The notes under the pieces were generated by a model. That model was not told where the DNA came from. It did no database searches and was given only the letters and a program-made list of their open reading frames with translations. 64,000 nt of DNA from Callorhinchus milii (lineage: Eukaryota), in NCBI RefSeq assembly GCF_018977255.1, contig NW_024704742.1, positions 137,394,001 to 137,458,000 of the forward strand. The letters are read 5' to 3'. The translations under genes were made by a program, and so were the position numbers. Positions within the stretch are counted from its first letter, which is position 1, and every line of letters starts with the position of its first letter. Shown one piece after another: positions 51,236-63,176 of this stretch.

Positions 51236-53424
51236 TCTCTCTCTCTGACCATTCCTTTGGTCAAAATCCGCAAACTCCCCTTCCACCGTCTTTGCACAAG
51301 GTTTCCTAATTGAAGAGGCGCTTACGTAAATGCAAGTTGCAACACTATCGTAAATCGCCATTAATGACACCACCCAGTCAATGCTTGGTGTTGTGGGGAG
51401 AAGCCAAGTAATTGTCACAGCAGAATCCTCCTACATGAAGGTGAGGGCAAGTAGAGTCATAGAAAAACAGAATTTGAGGCCACTTGAACAATGTGACAGT
51501 TGCCTCCAATTTGGGATACTCTAGTCCAATATTTTTTTCTATTATACGAACTGAACAACCAAGCAACCAGGAGGCAAACAATCAAGTTCCCAGTTAACAA
51601 ACATCTGCGTCTGATAACAAGAGATAACTAAAGGTCTGTGAACTGAAACCATTTAATACACATAATCAGGGAAAGGAAAGCTGAATTCTGAAATACGACA
51701 ATGTTAAAGGGGGCATTATTGCACTCTGTTGCGCAGTTTTCAAGCTCTCTCTTTCTCTCTCTGTGTTTCTGTTGCTTGTCTATCTAATGCTGTAAGCCCT
51801 CAGTCAGTACACAGGAGCAGGCATTATGCGTCTAATTCCCACTCTCCTTTCTGTGACATTGCGATCCAACGCTAGAGTTACGTCATCCAGAAACTTTCTG
51901 CACAAAATGCCCAGCTCTGAGCAGCTTTAAACCACAACAAGAAACAGAGGACAGTTACACTCTCTCCACCCACTCAAATTCTTAACCAAATAGTTATAAT
52001 GGACCCCTCCCTATACGATTATCCAAGCTCCATCATCACACCTCCCTCAGCCTCCTTCAAACCCCTTAGACCACGCTTTCAGTCACCTTCTTATTTGTGC
52101 GCAAATTGGCTGCCGCGTTTCCCCAACAAAATATACAGTCACTATAGTTTACAGTATATCCTGTGAACTGCTTTGAGATATCTTGAAGACATGAGAAAGC
52201 TCTATATCAAGGGCAAGGATTACTATTATCAACTAGCTTGGTGATTCTCACTAGCCCTGTAAAGCTCTTTACCTGATGTGAAAGGTACTATAATTTTCTC
52301 TTGAATTTCCTGATACATTCTACATATCCACTGCTCTGTGGGAAGCAGTGCAACCCAAAACTGTCTGTTCACCTTCTCTAGTATCTTGAGTCAATGCCTC
52401 CTTGTCATAGAAACTGTGCCTAAATGAAACCGCACCGGGGTTCATCTTAACCAAACCCTTTATGATCTTGAATACATCACAAGCCCGCATAACATTGTGT
52501 CTCGGTGGCAAAAAAAGTAATGGGAAAGCTGCCATTTGACCACAGCTACTTGTCCTGTCACACTTCATTATCAAGCCCATTTTCCAGCCCTTTTCCAATA
52601 ACCCGCAATATTTTACAGCTCAGATGCTTATCCGGTTCCCCTCTGAATGATTCTATTGATCAAGCCAAAAAAAAGGCAGCTGTGGTAATGAAATCCCCAC
52701 AATTTTCCGAGTGAAGATATTTCTTCCAACAATCGCTCGCTTGTCATCAGTCCCCAAACTAAGGAACATCCCCCGCCCTCAAACAACTTACATCTGTACT
52801 GAAAACACAGCTATAAAAACTGACAACATGTGCTGTACTGATCAACTTTGCATCCTTAGATTAAGCTTCTAAATCCGTTTCAAGGTCACCATTGTTACTG
52901 ACTGCGAGACCGAAATAATTACTGATATCCTTGGCTATTAAACAAAATACAACATTTAGGTGGTTGTTTCACAGCCTTCTATTTTGCTACACTACCCTAG
53001 GGTCTATCCTTCACACCCTATCCCTAACCTGAGTTCCCGTCTGCATAGTTGAGTTGATGTTTAAACATCCCGCAACAGAATTCGAAAAATGGAAATTTCT
53101 CTTGTCAAACATCTGGTGTGCTGCGTAAGGATTTCTGTCAAATGTAGAGTTTGCATATTTGTAGGCAAATATGGAAAATCATACATTCCATGGGGTGAGA
53201 GGCAGGTAGGGGTGGTGGGGAATCAGCAGATGTGCCATCATTTGGATGAGACATTAAACCAAGGTCCTGTTCAAGTGAATGTTAAAGATCCTATGGCACT
53301 ACTCGAAAAGAGGAGGGTGTTTCTCCCGGTGTCCTGGCCAACAATCTCTTCAATAAAATCAGTCACTTCTTGGTGCTACTTTACAGTGGAAACTTCACAT
53401 ACAGACAGCATATCAAGCTTCCAA

Positions 53425-53538
53425 AGGGCAAAGTACTGCAGTTCTGATGAATGGTCATTGACCTGAAATGTTAATCATTTTCCTCTCTCCATGGATGCTG
53501 CCTGACCTGCTGCGTGTTTCCAGCGACTTCTGTGTTTG
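53425..53538 (+). mobile_element. 114-bp insertion, Penelope-like fragment with degenerate hammerhead core
   Basis: Perfect 14-bp direct repeat tatcaagcttccaa at 53411-53424 and 53539-53552. Contains ctgatga...ggtc att gacc t gaaa. Confidence 0.65.
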
Positions 53539-56500
53539 TATCAAGCTTCCAACTGTAGGTTGAGTCAGAAACAGTCATACATTATTACTCAGCTCTTCAA
53601 ACAATGACTCGCTCTAAAACCAATTGAATCGCCCAAAAAAGTCACAGATTCAGTCACAGGTTGAATCCCTGCTCTGTGCTAAGTTGGTGGATTTCAGCCA
53701 GGCAGTCGTAGAATGTGTTAAGAATTGCTTCTGACAAGACAAGATTCTAACAAGATTGGCGGTGTCCGTTAACTATCGATGGATTCCAATCAATGCTGAT
53801 GGTAAACTGCAGAATTGTGAACAATGCCAGCACGTTTCCCCACATTATAACGTGTATGTAGACAGCACCTTTCCGGTAAGTCAACATCTATCTGAAAGCA
53901 CTTCACGGGAATCACCAAGTGCTGATCAAACTGGATCAAAGAACAAGTTTCTGAAAGAGCGTTGGAGGCAGGGAGAGAGTTCCAAAGAGAAGGGATGTAG
54001 TTGCTGGAGCCTCACAGAAGTAGGGAGGACCAAGCGGTGAGAATCAACAAGTACTGCAGAACACTGGTGCAGTACCTGTGCATTATTACTATTTCAAGCC
54101 ACGATGCAGTCCGCACAACCTGAAACGTGGCTCTGGAGACTCAATGCCACGATAACAATCACCTGGCGGGAAGTTGCAAACTGCTGCAGGTGTTGCAAAA
54201 GAATCTAAAAACTGCAATTCTCACGGGAACAACTCTCACGGGGGCGGGTGAAGCTGCAGTTGGTGTGAAAATGATACGTTCTGTACAAGACATAGCTAGC
54301 CACACTTATCCAACCCCATTAACATTCCGGATTCACAGGCACATTTTGCTGTCCTCCCCCATCTGCCTGGACAACTTTAGCTGTCAGGGCTGCTAATTAA
54401 AAGGCAGTGACTAACCAAGTGGCCACAATTCCTAGTCAGACATGGGCTCCAGCTTCAAGAACATTTCAACAAGTTTAAAGTGTCTGCAAAGCAAGCCAAG
54501 AATCAATCATTGCACATGTATCCGATTAGCACCATCTTTCTCTCATGTTTTCCCCACTGTTTTTCTTTGCTTTCTTCTCTCCTGACAGGATCCAAATCCG
54601 GGTTTTTATCACCAACTCACCCTCACCTGCTCCTTGATGGCGATTCAACTGTGACAAGCCATGGTGGCCAGGCGCCTATTCTACCCTCAAACTACACATA
54701 TCCCCTTTCCAGCAAGGAGTGGAGTCTGGATATTGCTCCTAGTAATGGGAATCTGCAGCATTCCCACTTCACGGACCTGCTGCACACCACCTCCACCGCT
54801 GGAACAATTAATTGCTCACGCTCTTTGGGATTCTCTCCCCAAATGCCTCCATCTTCAAACTCTCCCTGTTTTCAAAACCCTTTTGACTGCGCCTTTTGTC
54901 ATCTCCTCTACACCATTCCTCCTGTGTGATCTATTCAGCCCACAAAATATACAGTCAATTCACTTTGCAGTACATACTGTGAAGCGCTTTGAGGAGTCTC
55001 GAAGACGTGATGAGGCGCTATGTCAAATGCAAGGATCATTATTATTATGCTGTCCTACTTGAAAGATGCTTTAAGAGTCAAAGTTATTGCTACTAACTCT
55101 TTTCACCTCCCTTTCCCAGGGAGCTGCTAATACCGACACTGTACAAGCACAGATCAAACCTCTCTCAAACACTCCATCCCATTCTCCTTGCTGCAAAGCA
55201 CATCTGCACAACAATTACCGAGGTCAGAAGCTTAGGACTTGGAAAAACACTGGTCGTAAACTGACAACAACAACAACAAGATTCCATTTATAGAGCGCCT
55301 TTCACGTCGGGAGGACGTCCCAAGGCGCTGTCATGTAGGGCATAGCCTGTTTTTAAATATCTTTCTAATTTCATCCCCTTCCTTTAATTAAATTAATTGA
55401 AAAATTTTAGAAAATCGTTCCTCTGCAAATACAATTCATGTGTTCCAGATACGCAGGACTGACAGGCAAACCAAACTAATTAATGGGCCGTCCACCTCAA
55501 GGCTCGCTGTTGGATCTTGCTATGTACAAAATGGCAATTGCCTGCCTCCCCAAACCGTTACTACACTCGTTCGCTCGCTGTTAACATGCTTGATGGGACG
55601 AGATGTTAGAAAAATACACGTTTATTCTCTAGTGCTGACACGCCTCGGTGAGTGGGAAGGTACGAGTTGCTTCCCAGTCACAGTGAGCTGAAAGCTCAGC
55701 AGCCTGGAGAACAATAGCAGGTCGATTATTTCTTTGTGACTTTTTGCCTCGGCCCAGCCTGTGTGAACGACCCACTGTTGCCTGGCTCAGCTTGATCCTG
55801 GCCGGTCCACCCAACACAAAACAGAACACCTCCTCAATTACAGAAACTTGCTTTAGGTCAGAAAACAATTCCCAAGTACTATTTTACCGGTAATATATTT
55901 GCTAAACACTGCTTCAATTTAAACATTTTGGGTCTTTTAGATGGAAGAAAGTTTAAGGCAATGGCTGTGAACTGAGGTCTCTGATTGAACACAACAAATT
56001 ACACTGTATAGCGCCTTTCACGTAGGAGGGCGTCCCATTGAGATAAGACAGTCAGGGATTTGGACCCGAGCAGGGCATTGGGATCAGGAGGGGTGGAGGG
56101 CATAGTGCTCGTTGTAAACGGCTCAGGCCAGTTCCAGGAACAATGCTTTGCCTGGTGGACGTATAAAATCTGACAATGTGTTGTCGCCATGGTTTTACTA
56201 CGAACCACTTGCTTTCCCTGTAGCGCCCTGCGGTTAATACTGTACCTAGATTACATTTATGCTGCAGACTGCCAACTGACTGTGGAAAGAGAGAGGGAGG
56301 GAGGGGGAGGCTGCAGCTATTTTCACACCCGCTGACATCACAAACTCTCCCACACCACCTCAGGTCTCAAGGTCACAGTGCTGCGTGTTTTTTTAAATGA
56401 AGACATTGAGCCCACACACCTTGCCTGTTGCTTTGAAGGGGTGAGTTTGCGGCTGAATTGTCTGTGTGCTTGGGTGGCCGGCATTACGTAATCCTTAAGC

Positions 56501-57342
56501 ATCAAATAAGTGCACAAAGCCAATGAAACGCCACCCACGTGACACGGTGACACTGTAACCTTCCCAGCACTCGCTTCTGGAGGTTACCATAACACCAGCT
56601 TGTTTAATCAGCAAATCATCCTTGGGTTTTTATTATTATTACTTACAACCCGTGAACCCAAACAAAGGCTCTGCCTTACCTTCCATCACTGATTTTTGTT
56701 AAGATAGAAAAACAGCAAGTCCAGACAAGACAACACAGCCTCCACAGTCCCTCTCCTCCTCAGCACCTCCCTTCGCAGTCTCGATTTTCCACGAAACTAA
56801 CAACAACTTGTATTGATATAGCGCTCATCACACAGGGTAGAGTCCCAGGGCACTTGAAATCATAAACAATAAATCCTGCTGCGGACCAGACTTGTCCCCT
56901 CCCTCCTCAAACCCAGGGCTTGAATTTTAAAATAGAAAGAATCTGTGAATATAAACGAAGCAAGCTGTAACACAACATGCTTTACATAATTTCACCACTG
57001 TCCAATTTGCTCCACCAGTGGGCCTGCCACCAATTTACTGCATGCTCACTCAGTAAGGCCTCAACGCTTTTACCTTTCAAACTCAAACCTAACTTGCTCT
57101 CCTCAGGCCCTTTTCCACTCTCCACTCCCAATTACTCCCAATTTTGTTGACGATCCCATACCTTTGCTCTCACCTCTCAGAGTTTGTTTTCCCACATTCT
57201 CTGTTGCTCCCCTCCCAAGCAAGACTCGACCATTCTTTACCCGCCACACTATATCCTGTGAAGCCCTTTGAGACGTCTCAATGATGTGATAAAGCGCTCT
57301 ATCAAATGCAAAGATTATTGATATTATCCCAACAGCTTCTCT

Positions 57343-57645
57343 TGTTCGATTCCCGGCCAGGGCAAAACATTAGGCAAACTTCTTTATTCCACATGTCTCT
57401 TGTTTACCTAGCAATAAGTAGGAACCTGATTGTTAGTCAATTGGTGAATCGCTTTTCCGGGGGTAATAATCCCTTCAAAAAATTATAATTTGGTCGCTCA
57501 ATCCATGACTGCTGTGTGCAATTGTTTGCTGTGTTTCACCCACAAAACATACAGTCAATTTACTTTACAGTATATTCTGTGAAGCGCTTTGAGACGTCTC
57601 AAAGACGTGACAAGACGCTGTATCAAATGCAAGGATTAGTATTAT
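57343..57645 (+). mobile_element. 5'-truncated SINE, long form
   Basis: B box through tail. Confidence 0.85.
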
Positions 57646-58168
57646 TCTCACACTGGTTATTTCCGCTATCAAAGCGTGCTCACTTTTCCTCCTCTCTCCC
57701 CCTCCCACACTAAAAAACACCTCATTTAACTTTACTGGCAGATCGTCAAACCAAGGCCAAGCCGAGGCTTCGCTTTATCTGTCACCAATATCTACACACC
57801 TGTTTCACTTCTCAATCCTTTACTGACTCTCACTTCTCTACTGACTCGCACTTCCACCGGGACCCCTCATCTCCTGGACTGTCCCATTAGCCGGTCAAGT
57901 GCCGCCCCACCACCACCACCCTAACATCTCAGCATCTCGAGGTTAGAAGCTTGCCTTTTTCTTGAGCGGTCCTGGGAGCTTGGCTTACCCATCTCAGCAG
58001 TCCCCAGTCTCCGTTGCCCACATCCATCTCGATTACCCCTTCCATTCTAAATCCTACTTGTCCTTCTTGCGCACCTCTTGCCCAGTCTCTTCCTCCCACT
58101 CCACACACACACACACACAACCAAACACCGATGGCCACACTTCTTCATCCACCCCCAGGGTTCCTTAC

Positions 58169-59025
58169 CTTCCGAAGCTCTGCTCTTCCCCCCCTTGTCT
58201 CCCCCCACAAATCGCAACCCCCTCTCTGACGGGGACACAGTTGATCCGGAAGATGTGAAGAGCAGCAGCAGAAGAGCCTGAGACCGGACTGGAACAGTCC
58301 CCGTTAAGCACTGGGAGCGCAGAGCGATGGTGGAGGTGACGAGAAGGGGGGAAATAAGGGGGTCGTGGGGGGGGGTGGGGGGTGTGTGTGTGGGGGGAGA
58401 GGGAACTTGTCACAAATCAGGAGCAGACAGCGAGACAAGAGAGACAGAAAAAAAAAGAAGGGCGATAATGTTTCGCTCTCGAAAGCAAAACCCGGGGGAG
58501 GGGGGGCGGTAAAATAACCGGTTGTTTAGTAGATATTTAAAAAAAAATTGACGGGGAGGGGAGGGGTCCAAATAACACAAACTGATCTCACGGCAATCGG
58601 AAGGGAGGCGGCGGGGGAGGGAGCAAAAACCCCCCCACCCCCCAGGGGAGGAGAGGAGGAGTGGACGGGCTTTTTTTTTTCCCGGTGAATCACTGATTAG
58701 TGAGGGCTAAAAAGCTGCTGAGGGCGGAGGCCGGTGTCGGCGGGGAGACGATGGGGGGGGGAGAAGCGGCGGCTGTGAGGCTGTAAGATGGCGGCGGCTG
58801 CTGCCGGGTGACATGGGGGCCCGGCCTCGGGCGGGTGTTGGGGGGAAGGCCTCTCGCTCACACACTCACTCCTCGGCCTCGAGTGCTCGGCAGCGGGGAC
58901 TGGGACTGGACAGGGAGGGAGGGAGAGCGCCGGGGCGCCCGCCGCGCCATGCCGTGTGTGTGTGTGTGTGTGTGACTCGCAGCTCCCGGGCTCCGGCCCC
59001 TGTTGTCGCTGCGCCTCCTGCAAAT
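58169..59025 (-). other. ARK2N: Predicted non-coding exon 1 (5' UTR) of ARK2N
   Basis: Consensus donor AAG|gtaagg at 58168, at the edge of the CpG island. The 5' end is inferred from TATA/Inr spacing. Confidence 0.65.
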
Positions 59026-60190
59026 GGCGGCCGCGGCGCCGGCCGCTCGCCTTTTATACCCGCCCCACCCGCCACCGCGGGGTAGCCCAAAGCCGCTCGA
59101 ACCCGAGCCCCGAAGTAGCCCAATGTGGGTGTTGTTAATTATAAACAGCGGCGGCTGCCTTTCAAACAAAACGACCGGGGGGGGTCAGGGCTGCTCTTGA
59201 GACCGCGTGAAGACAAAAAGGCTGCAAAAAAAAGTGTGTGTGGGGGGGGAGGAAACCGCGCGCACGCGCAAAAAAAAAGTTTTGCGGGGGTTTCAATTGA
59301 TTTTTTTTTCAAAAACCCGCCCAATTGGGCGTGAAGCCCGCCCAACCCGGCTGCTTTGTTGGTCACCGGAAGCCGGCGGCCCGCGCGCGACCTCCGAGAC
59401 TCCTCCCCCTCTCCCCTCCTCCGCCGCCTCCTCCCCCCCCCCACCCCCGCGTTACCATGGAGACGCCGGGCCTATCTGTCGCCATGACACCCAGCCATCC
59501 CCATCCACCGCCTGACTCCCCACCCTCACTCCCTCCCTCCTCACCCTCACTCCCTCCCTCTCCACACTCCCTCCCTCCCTCTCCACACTCCCTCCCTCCC
59601 TCTCCACACTCCCTCCCTCCCTCTCACTCCCTCCCCACATCCCACCCTCCCTCCCTCTCTCCCTCCCACCCTCACTCCCTCCCCCCTCACTCACTCTCCC
59701 TCCTCACTCCCTCCCTCCCCACCTCACTCCCTCCCTCCCTCCCCACCCTCACTCCCTCCTCACCCTCCTCCCCCACCCTCACTCCCTCCCTCACGTCGAG
59801 ACGCCATCCAGACGTCTCAAAGCGCTTCACCCCCCCCCCCCCCCCCCGGACCTCCGTGAAGTGACTGTGTGTTTTGCGGGGCAGGCGCCGCGGCCGAATT
59901 TCCGCACAGCGACGGCCCGGCCATCCGCCGCCGTGATGGGGCGGACGAGCCATTTTCTCCGGACTTCTCTCTCTTCCACAGTCGTGCCGCAGGATCCTCG
60001 ACTCCCGCCTGAGCGGGACCTCGGTTTAAACGTCTCGTCGCGCGGACGGCACCTCTGACCACACAGGGCTCTCCCGGCCCCGCCTTGGAGCGTCAGCGTA
60101 GGCTAATGGGTTCCAAGCACCGGCGTCAGCCTTGAACTCGTAACCTTCTGACTCAAGAGGCGCGAGTGCTAAGCCGGGCCGACGCGACTG
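58480..60190. promoter_or_regulatory. CpG island / ARK2N promoter
   Basis: High GC and CpG density. Minus-strand GC box plus TATAAAAG (59058-59051) and Inr/YY1-like CCGCCATTT (~59030-59022). YY1 motif aagatggcggcgg at 58785-58797, CCAAT at 59120, ETS ccggaag at ~59367, RFX X-box-like gttaccatggagac at 59451-59464. Confidence 0.85.
59515..59792. repeat. Polypyrimidine (CCCT/CACT)n low-complexity tract
   Basis: About 280 bp, almost without G on the + strand. Confidence 0.88.
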
Positions 60191-61112
60191 AAATAATTAA
60201 ATCATACCATACAAAATTCTGGAAGATTGTTGGCCAGAACACTGGGAGAAATTTATTTTTCTAATAGTCTCGCTGGACTTTTACGTCCGGAAGAGACGGA
60301 CAGAACCAACAGATGGCATCTCCAATACTCAAATTCCACTACAGCCCAAAGTCCCTTCAACCCATAACCCTCTGACTCACCTGGTGAGAGCTCTTAGTTA
60401 CCATTTTAGAAAATGTGATGCTGGGGAGAGTTGGGGGTTAATAAGTGGGGTCACCTCAGGGCTGAACTGGCTCCAAGGTAATGCTCTTGGCAACAGAAAT
60501 GTCAGAATTGAGTCCACCCTCTGGGGCAGTCTCGGTTCCAGAGACGGGCAGATCCCTAGTAGTCCAGGGACTACTGATGACAGCCTAGCCCATCAGTAGG
60601 CTTTAGAGGAGTAGACTGTTCACTGGGGGCAGAGATTCTTCCCACTCAGCTTCCGCAAGCAAAAGCTCGAGCAGATGGGGAGCGCCTACTTGGATAAGCA
60701 GCAGGAAGTTTGGAGCAAAGGAAGAGTGTGAAAGCAGCAAGGTGGGCCAAATGTGAAGCAATGTGAAACAGCAATGAACAAGAACAGGAGAACCATCAAC
60801 AGGGCCAAAAGACATCCTGTAATTTCTACAATTTTAAGGGAGCCAAAAAAAAGTTATTTTATTCCAAATAAATTACAGAAGCGAATAACATTTTGTTGGG
60901 AAACTGGGCTGAGGCTGATTGGATTTCAGAAGCACTGTATTAGTGGGATCATGAGACGAGGTGGTAGGGTTACAGATCACTAGATTATTCATTCCCGTGT
61001 TAAGACAGCAACAGGTCTAGTTTCAACCAAAAAACTTAAAAGATTGTGTTTACACAGCATTTTTCATAGTAGAATGAACATCTTGAAACGCTTCATGAGG
61101 AGGAGACAGGGG

Positions 61113-61476
61113 ATAATAATAATAATCCTTGCATTTGTTACAGTGCTTTTCACATCTTCTAGACGTCTCAAAGCACTTCATAGGATATACTGAAAAGTGA
61201 ATTGATTCTATATTTGTGGGCGAAACACGGCAGCCGATTGCGCGCAGAAATATCCCATAAGCAATCATGGATTGAGTGACCAAATTTTTTTTTGAGGGAT
61301 TATTATCCCCGGAAAAGTGATCCGCCAATCGACTAACAACCGAGTTCCTACTTACTGCTGAATAAACAGAAGCGTGTGGAGTAAGGAAACGTGCCCAATG
61401 TGTCGCCCTGCTGGGAATAGAACCCAGCTTTCTGGCTCGCGAGGCGAGTGCTCTAACCACTGAGCTACAGAACTCC
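61113..61476 (-). mobile_element. Full-length SINE, long form
   Basis: Reverse complement of the family pattern. Confidence 0.9.
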
Positions 61477-62107
61477 AGGGGATGGTCAGGAGGGAGGCGA
61501 GGGGAAGGCTGAGGTTGTTGACTAAAGACACAGTCAGAGAGATGAGTGATAAAAATGGTTTTGAAATCTGAAAGCGCAAAACAGAGACAGATTTTGAGCG
61601 AGTTCCAAAGCATGAGGTATAACAGCTGAGTCCTTGACCACTGATGGGGTTAGGGAAGTGAGCACAGTGAGGAACAAGCAGGAGCCCAGAGTCAGACAAC
61701 AGGGGACAATAGGTCTGAAGGTTTAGGTTTAAAGGCTATGAAGACAAACGGAAGGGGGGGGGGGGGGGGGCGCAAAATTCAGGGAGTTCTTGAAAGCTCA
61801 GCCACTGTTGGTGGGGTGAAGCGGGGCAGAAAATGGCAGTAAAGCTCAAGGTAGCTGAGGGGAGCAAGCGAGCAGACGGGGTGGGGTTGGATGGGAGAAG
61901 ATCAGAGATAGAGAGATGCTGGCGAGTGGAGGGTCTGTAGACGAGGGTGAGAACACTGAAATTGATCCGTTAGGAGACAGCGGAGCCTGGTGAGGATTGG
62001 GGTGATGGAGGGGGGTGGGGGTAAGAGAGAGGAAAAAATATCAACCAGGATTCCAATTATCCTGAACCTCGTTGAAGCTGCACAGGTGCAGACAGGACCG
62101 GGCTGTG

Positions 62108-62415
62108 ATAATAATAATCCTTGCATTTGATATAGCGCTTTTCATGTCTTCTAGATGTCTCAAAGCGCTTCACAGAATAGACTCAAAAGTGAATTGACTG
62201 TATATTTGTGGGCGAAACGCAGCAGCCAATTGCACACAGCAGTGTCCCACAAACAGTCGTGGATTGAAGTGACCAATTTATCATTGTTTTGTTTTGGAGG
62301 GATTATTATCAGGTGTGTGGAGTCAGGAAACTTGCCCAAGGTTTCCCTGCCTGGAATTGAACCCAGGTGTCTCGCTTGCAAGGCGAGTGCTCTAACCACT
62401 GAGCTACAGGACTCC
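62108..62415 (-). mobile_element. Full-length SINE, short form
   Basis: Reverse complement of the family pattern. Confidence 0.9.
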
Positions 62416-63070
62416 AAGTAGAGTTAGAGAGTTAGTGATAAGTAGAGTTAGAGAGTGATACCAGGCCACTTTGGTGTTTATACTCCACACAAGCCCCCAC
62501 TACCCCCTCACTCGCATACACAGCAAGTTTTCTGCTAAGTACTGTACATTGAAGCTATTTACTTCACCCATGAATGCGACAGACAGAATCCTGTGTGTAC
62601 CAGTGTCTACTTGACAATTTCAGAAAGAATAATATCGACTTGTCAAGTAACACAGTAAGACAGGCCATTTAATCACAGTGCATTCCATCGAGAGTGTCAG
62701 AGAGAGAATTACACACCAAGTGTCTGACATCAATCTCGGCCTGTGTGTGTGTGTGTGTGTGTGGGGGGGGGAACGAGGGAGAGGAGGTACAATGGTCCAG
62801 TCACCCAGCTTGGAGCAGAATCCTTCCTGATGAGACAACAGCTGAGAAGCCACGGTAACCGGGTACTGAGCTCTCCATTGCCTTCATCTAGGACACGAAG
62901 GCCAGACTCTCCATCCTCTGGGAGATCAGCTCCTCCAGCTTCCTCTGTGGGAGAGAGAGAGAGAGAGAGAGAGAAAGATGGATGGGGAACAGGGTGGAAA
63001 AAAGAGGGGGAGAGAGGCTGTCAATCACTTTATAAGGGCCTCTACTCTACTTATCACTCTAACTCTACTT

Positions 63071-63176
63071 GGGAGTCCTGTAGCTCAGTGGTTAGAGCAT
63101 TCGCCTTGTGAGCGAGACACCTGTGTTCAATTCCAGGCAGGGAGAAACCTTGGGCAAGTTTCCTTACTCCACACTC
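63071..63176 (+). mobile_element. SINE head (3'-truncated)
   Basis: gggagtcctgtagctcagtggttagagc...ttccttactccacac. Confidence 0.87.
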
